A stretch of DNA of 64,000 nt from Macrostomum lignano (taxonomy: Eukaryota), in assembly GCA_002269645.1 (NCBI GenBank), contig NIVC01000726.1, positions 32,400-96,399 of the forward strand. The letters are read 5' to 3'. Shown one piece after another: positions 55,401 to 64,000 of this stretch (positions are counted from its first letter, which is position 1; each line of letters starts with the position of its first letter). Under the pieces are notes generated by a model, which saw only the letters and a list, made by a program, of their open reading frames with translations, was not told where the DNA came from and made no database searches. The translations under genes and the position numbers were made by a program.

Positions 55401-57844
55401 TAAGATTTAGGATTCCCTACTCCCCAGGTTTAGGATTGCCCAGTCCTCAGGTTTAGGATTTTCCCTATTCTCAGATTTAGGATTCCCTAATTCTAAGGTT
55501 TAGGATTCCCTACTCCCCAGGTTTAGGATTCCCCAGTCCTCAGGTTTAGGATTTTCCCTATTCTCAGATTTAGGATTCCCTAATTCTAAGGTTTAGGATT
55601 CCCTACTCCCCAGGTTTAGGATTCCCCAGTCCTCAGGTTTAGGATTTTCCCTATTCTCAGATTTAGGATTCCCTAATTCTAAGGTTTAGGATTCCCTACT
55701 CCTCAGGTTTAGGATTCCCCAGTCCTCAGGTTTAGTATTCCCCCAATTCTCAGGTTTAGGATTCCCCTAATTCTCAGGTTTAGGATTTCCCCAATTCTCA
55801 GGTTTAGGATTTCCCCAATTCTCAGGTTTAGGATTTCCCCACTCCTTAGGTTTAGGATTCCCCCAATTCTCAGGTTTAGGATTCCCCCTAATTCTCAGGT
55901 TTAGGATTCCCCCTAATTCTCAGGTTTAGGATTCCCCCTAATTCTCAGGTTTAGGATTCCCCCAATTCTCAGGTTTAGGATTTCCCCAACTCTCAGGTTT
56001 AGGATTCCCCCAATTCTCAGGTTTAGGATTTCCCACTCCTCACTCAGCTGAAATCGATATCAAGTGAAGCTTCCACCTTTCAGACGGCCAGGCGTCACTC
56101 GGTCGCACTTTTACCAAGCCTGGCATCTCGCTACGCTTCCGACGGATCCGAATTCGCCCTTCAACTGTACGCGTCGCTGATCAACAAGTGCCTGGATTAC
56201 GGTCGGGGTGAGTGACAGCTATAAACTGCGGCAGAAGCACAGGTTCGGAGTCCCATAGCTGCGGCTGTTCAAAATTATTGGTTTAATCTTTCAGATCCAT
56301 CTATGTCGCCTGTAGAGCAAATTGTACTCTCGGATGTTAACACCCTGGTTGCCAATAGCAACAGTGAACGTTCCGCCGCTTTTCTGGCCTGGTGTCTAAA
56401 AGCCCTACTATTAAGCGGTTCGCCTCTGTTTGTTAAACTAGCCGGCAAAACGTTGGACATTCTTCGGCAGTCGGGCGAGGATCAGCTGGCGGTTCAGTTG
56501 GCTGCTCGGCTAGAGCTGCTGCTGAAGCCCTGCGAAATTGTGCTCTGCACTGCCGCTAAGGCTACCGTGGGACCCTTGGCCGGCCAGAAGTGTCTCTGCC
56601 TGCTGTTGCAACCGCTGCTGGACGATGCTAAGCAGAGTGAGTTTTTGGCTGAGATTCTTCCAAATCTGGAATTCCCCACCTTGAGATTTCCCCATCCAGA
56701 AGTTTCCCAATCTGGGATTCCCCACCCTGATATTCCAAATCTGGGATTCCCCACCTTGAGGCTTCTCAATCTGGGACTCCTCACCATGGAGTTTTCCAAT
56801 CTGAAATTCCCCACCCAGGAGTTTTCCAATCTGAAATTCCCCACCCAGGAGTTTTCCAATCTGAAATTCCCCACCCTGATATTTCCAAATCTGGGATTTC
56901 TTCACCCTGAGATTTCCCAATCTGGGATTCCCAACCCTGATATTCCAAATCTGGGATTCCCCACCTTGAGGCTTCTCAATCTGGGACTCCTCACCATGGA
57001 GTTTTCCAATCTGAAATTCCCCACCATGGAGTTTTCCAATCTGAAATTCCTCACCCCGATATTTCCAAATCTGGGATTTCTTCAGCCTGAGATTTCCCAA
57101 TCTGGGATTCCCCACTCTGAGATTTCCCAACCTGGGATTCCCGACCCTGATATTTTCCAATCTGAGATTTTCCTAACGATTTTTTAAATCCCAGATTTTC
57201 CACTGACAGGTATTCGTTATTTATATGAACATTTTCATAATCTAATATTGCAGAGAAAGCCTGTCTACTGGCTGCAATCAGTCTGGCGCAAACAGCTCCC
57301 CCGGAGCTTATTGTAGACTATATTGACTCCGTAAGTGATACCCACTAATGTGAACCTACTAACTGATGTCCCGCAGTCTATTCAAATTGACCTTCAAAAA
57401 GAACTTGAAATCGCAAGGGACTCAGAAGTGTCTAGTGCCAATTTCTTGTTCACATCCCCTCCCGACGTCCTTCAGCTGATCCCAGCCCTGATGCTGCACC
57501 TTCGGCCGTCAAACAGCGCCAACGCTGGTCTGCGCGCGCCAATCCTGCGCCTGCTGGAGACGCTGGCCTCCCGGCAGGACGCTCTGAACGCCATGGCGCC
57601 GCGCTGCCTTGGCGACCTGCTGCCGCGCCTGCTCGCCTGCCTGGACCCCGGCGCCGATCTGGACTCCAGGCGGACCTCTGCCCGTCTGCTGCGCCGGCTG
57701 GCCACCGGCGGCCTCCCGGCTGCCGAGCTGCTGCCGCACAAGCCCGACGTTGTCTCGCGCCTGGGCGCCGCGCTCAACGATCCGAAACGATTGGCGCGCA
57801 GCGACGCGGCGCAGGCGCGAAACGCCTGGTTTTTAATTGGCTGA
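46454..57844 (+). CDS. MMS19: MMS19 cytosolic Fe-S assembly HEAT-repeat protein
   Basis: Exons 46454-46527, 46602-46705, 46802-46887, 46968-47112, 47564-47751, 48513-48894, 52388-52546, 52623-53067, 53392-53535, 54620-54827, 54975-55083, 56084-56207, 56295-56636, 57254-57330, 57476-57844, phase-consistent. Diagnostic EKDPRNLL, CYFPVDF, PLLLEKL and C-terminal LNDPKRLARSDAAQARNAWF. Start codon uncertain. Confidence 0.95.
47172..47510. repeat. 21-bp minisatellite CAGCTGACAGTCCCGATCCCA (MMS19 intron 4)
   Basis: Tandem copies; same unit as 48975-49340 and 51759-52070. Confidence 0.93.
47955..48480. repeat. 30-bp minisatellite GATGCCAGAATGCTCACGGGGAATTGTTCA (MMS19 intron 5)
   Basis: Tandem copies. 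Confidence 0.95.
48975..49340. repeat. 21-bp minisatellite CAGCTGACAGTCCCGATTCCA, left of the retroelement
   Basis: Tandem copies. Confidence 0.95.
49341..51759 (-). mobile_element. Ty3/gypsy-type LTR retrotransposon fragment, 5'-truncated and internally deleted (no RT), in MMS19 intron 6
   Basis: Gag zinc knuckle CYACSKTGHIAAAC; protease VDTG-like motif; RNase H tail YSQLEKEALAV..DHKPL; integrase; purine tract followed by TGTGATG (putative 3' LTR about 49341-49567). Confidence 0.92.
49695..51260 (-). CDS. Retrotransposon RNase H tail plus integrase ORF (521 aa, open)
   Basis: HQGH..CTEC zinc finger; HIDYAGP / SDNG / QAER DDE core; SH3-like C-terminal domain; LRRS.R tail. Confidence 0.9.
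   Translation of the reverse strand: MYLFGRDFKLVSDHKPLLGLLHQSKPIPALASGRIQRWALLLAGYQYSMVHRAGKSLLRADALSRLPLPEKPKEAPTSAEVVLLMDFLDEGPVTARHIRTWTRTDPDLSRVLRFTETGCWPERPPPELQPYCTRADQLSTQDGCLLWGCRVVVPEAGREALLQCLHQGHQGTTRMKALARSVFWWPKLDEAIERLVAACTECQEMQKSPGPFPLQPWAWPDKPWSRLHIDYAGPVQGRMLLVVVDAHSKWMDVHVMPSTSSTATIEKLRSSFATHGLPDVIVSDNGPNLVSAEMETFLSKNGIRHVRTAPYHPASNGQAERAVQTLKRALAKQRSGSLEERVSRFLLTYRVTPHATTGTAPCELLMGRRLKSLLDRVRPDLPARVAVQQALQKEQHDAHAHDRRINVGDSVLARDFARDGRWRPATVTDSSGAADFTCRFDDGRDAHRHVDQVRKPAAVSQLPTKPAVPAAAVPQCDAVPKDASEVFADGVATEAAAEPDAMPQLRRSMRKCAVPERLTYS
51759..52070. repeat. 21-bp minisatellite, same unit, right of the retroelement
   Basis: Tandem copies, same orientation. Confidence 0.95.
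53600..54467. repeat. About 34-36-bp minisatellite CACTCAGCTGTATTGGTACGGGATTCCCCACCCCT, two sub-arrays
   Basis: Tandem copies in an MMS19 intron. Confidence 0.94.
55100..56047. repeat. About 24-25-bp minisatellite CTCAGGTTTAGGATTCCCCTAATT
   Basis: Tandem copies filling an MMS19 intron. Confidence 0.95.
56650..57175. repeat. About 30-bp minisatellite CCAATCTGAAATTCCCCACCCAGGAGTTTT
   Basis: Degenerate tandem copies in an MMS19 intron. Confidence 0.9.
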
Positions 57845-57884
57845 CCGGCCCTGCACTTCGACCTGCGTACTGTTCCGCTACTCC

Positions 57885-58260
57885 CTTGCTTCCATCCGCT
57901 CCCTCCCCAATCTGCTCCCTCCCCAATCCGCTGCCTCCCCAATCCACTTTCTTCCCAAACCGCTGCCTCCCCAATCCGCTCTCTTCCCAATCCGCTGCCT
58001 CCCCAATCCGCTCCCTCCCCAATCCGCTCCCTCCCCAATCCGCTCCCTCCCCAATCCGCTCTCTTCCCAATCCGCTGCCTCCCCCAATCCGCTCTCTCCC
58101 CAATCCGCTGCCTCCCCCAATCCGCTCTCTCCCCAATCCGCTTCCTTCTTAATCTGCTCCCTCTAATTCTCCCTAATCCGACCCCACTGGCTCCTCCAAT
58201 CCGCTCCATCCCTTGCCCATCTGCTCCATCCCTTCAGCTCCCTTCTGCCTTCCTATCCGC
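57885..58260. repeat. About 19-20-bp C-rich minisatellite CCCCAATCCGCTCCCTC
   Basis: Tandem copies just after the MMS19 stop. Confidence 0.92.
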
Positions 58261-59380
58261 CCTCTACCGCGCCCTTCTAACACTGGCACTATATAATCCC
58301 AACCCCGTAATTTCCACCCGCACCAGCTCCCATCCGCTGAGCAGCAGCCTCTCTATAGCCCAGTACTCAGCCATCTGTAGCCTCCAGCTGTAGACCATCG
58401 TGCTGAAGTGTTGTAGTTCGAATATATTTATTGGCTTTAGCGCAATAACCTGCTCGATTGCTACATCTGTTTGAGCTTGCATTTTTATCAATTGTAACCT
58501 GGCAGTTCTATTAGCTTCCAATATTGTGCATCCAAACGGGCAGTTTGCGTCAACATATTTCAATACACATGCATATTGCACTACTATTAATTGAGCCTTT
58601 GCAAGTAGTATTTTTGATAATTGATTGAAACTTCGTAGTGGCTGACAAAAATAATCCGGCCAATCACAATTAATTTGTAAAATTTATTTAAGCTTATAAC
58701 GCGAACTGCTACAAAAGTACTTTTTGGGGTACGTGAATTTTTTCTATCGTAGATTATCGTCTCAATAGTTGCACTTCATTAAAAACTACTATAAGTAGCT
58801 TGATCTTTTATCGTTACATTATCATAAACCAGTTACAATGTAAAAATACCTACGCTCGTATATAATGCACTCAAAAGCAACAGCGAGACGATGAGAACAC
58901 AGAACAACAATGTGCGAGTATACTGGGTATGCATAAAAATTTTCAGTATATACTACTCATACACTACTACTAATTAATAAAGCTGTAAGCAGTCTCGTAG
59001 AGAAGTGCGGCTAGGGGGGTTTTGATATGACAGACACAAATAGTCGAAACGGACTAAAAAGGAATTTGTTATTTGTTGAACAGTAGCGAGTCAGTGTGCC
59101 ACCTCAATGAGAACATCAACTATATGGATAAGCCGCTTATAGGTTAGAATGGACGCAGATACGATCTACATGTGAGACTTATGCTGTAATATCCTAATAC
59201 AAGAGGGAATGGTGAATGCCTTATTGGAATTCATTTGAAGGCCGGTTTCTTAGCGCACGCAGATATAGTCAATGTCTATCGCCTTCTGGACATCCGAATT
59301 CCGCATGGGTCTTCAAATAAATTTTCCTTTCCACTTATGGGGAGCAGTTTAGCGGAAAAAATGCTTCCTATAACGCACTA

Positions 59381-63857
<4,477 letters not shown>

Positions 63858-63884
63858 CTGCGGCATGCGGCTTTCCGCACCGCC

Positions 63885-64000
63885 TCACTCCCCTCCCGCA
63901 TCCCTTCTCCCCCTCTCTCCCCCTCTCCTCCCTCTCTTTCCCCTCTCCTCCTTCTCTTTCCCCTCTCCTCTCTCTCTTTCCCCTCTCCTCCCTCTCTTTC
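63885..64000. repeat. CT-rich repeat running off the right edge
   Basis: CCCTCTCTCCTC-type units. Confidence 0.85.

Noticed and set aside
3676-58260. Consistent C-rich sense-strand bias of intronic arrays
   Set aside because: Several arrays (3676, 20405, 35170, 47955) show the opposite orientation.
58264-58581. 105-aa minus-strand ORF after MMS19
   Set aside because: No recognisable domain or phase-consistent link to neighbouring exons; probably UTR or intergenic.

Overview
Intron-rich animal genomic DNA. The lineage is not provable from sequence; GC-rich coding exons plus minisatellite-filled introns would fit a free-living flatworm-like genome (inference). Five spliced genes can be built by hand. 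(1) Insulin receptor (InR), minus strand, from a signal-peptide exon at 26798 through L1-CR-L2-FnIII domains and the furin site to the left edge; TM and kinase exons lie outside the window. (2) RAB24, minus. (3) NDUFS5, minus, with a long N-terminal extension. (4) MMS19, plus, 15 coding exons. (5) An unidentified minus-strand gene at 59.4-63.9 kb with phase-consistent junctions. Almost every long intron carries a minisatellite, and several arrays in different genes share cores. MMS19 intron 6 holds an RT-less Ty3/gypsy fragment with an intact integrase ORF, sandwiched inside a minisatellite. The ~10 kb between NDUFS5 and MMS19 is an AT-rich, nearly CpG-free domain. It contains MITE-like elements, a transposase relic broken only by TAG/TAA stops, and 18 copies of TAGGCCTA. 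This looks like RIP-like C-to-T hypermutation, and it extends into the 5' exons of host genes; it is the most striking unexplained signal. Caveats: InR exons contain several 1-bp losses typical of long-read errors, and a ~2.6 kb duplication flanks a 377-N gap. Most long ORFs in the supplied track are repeat artefacts.
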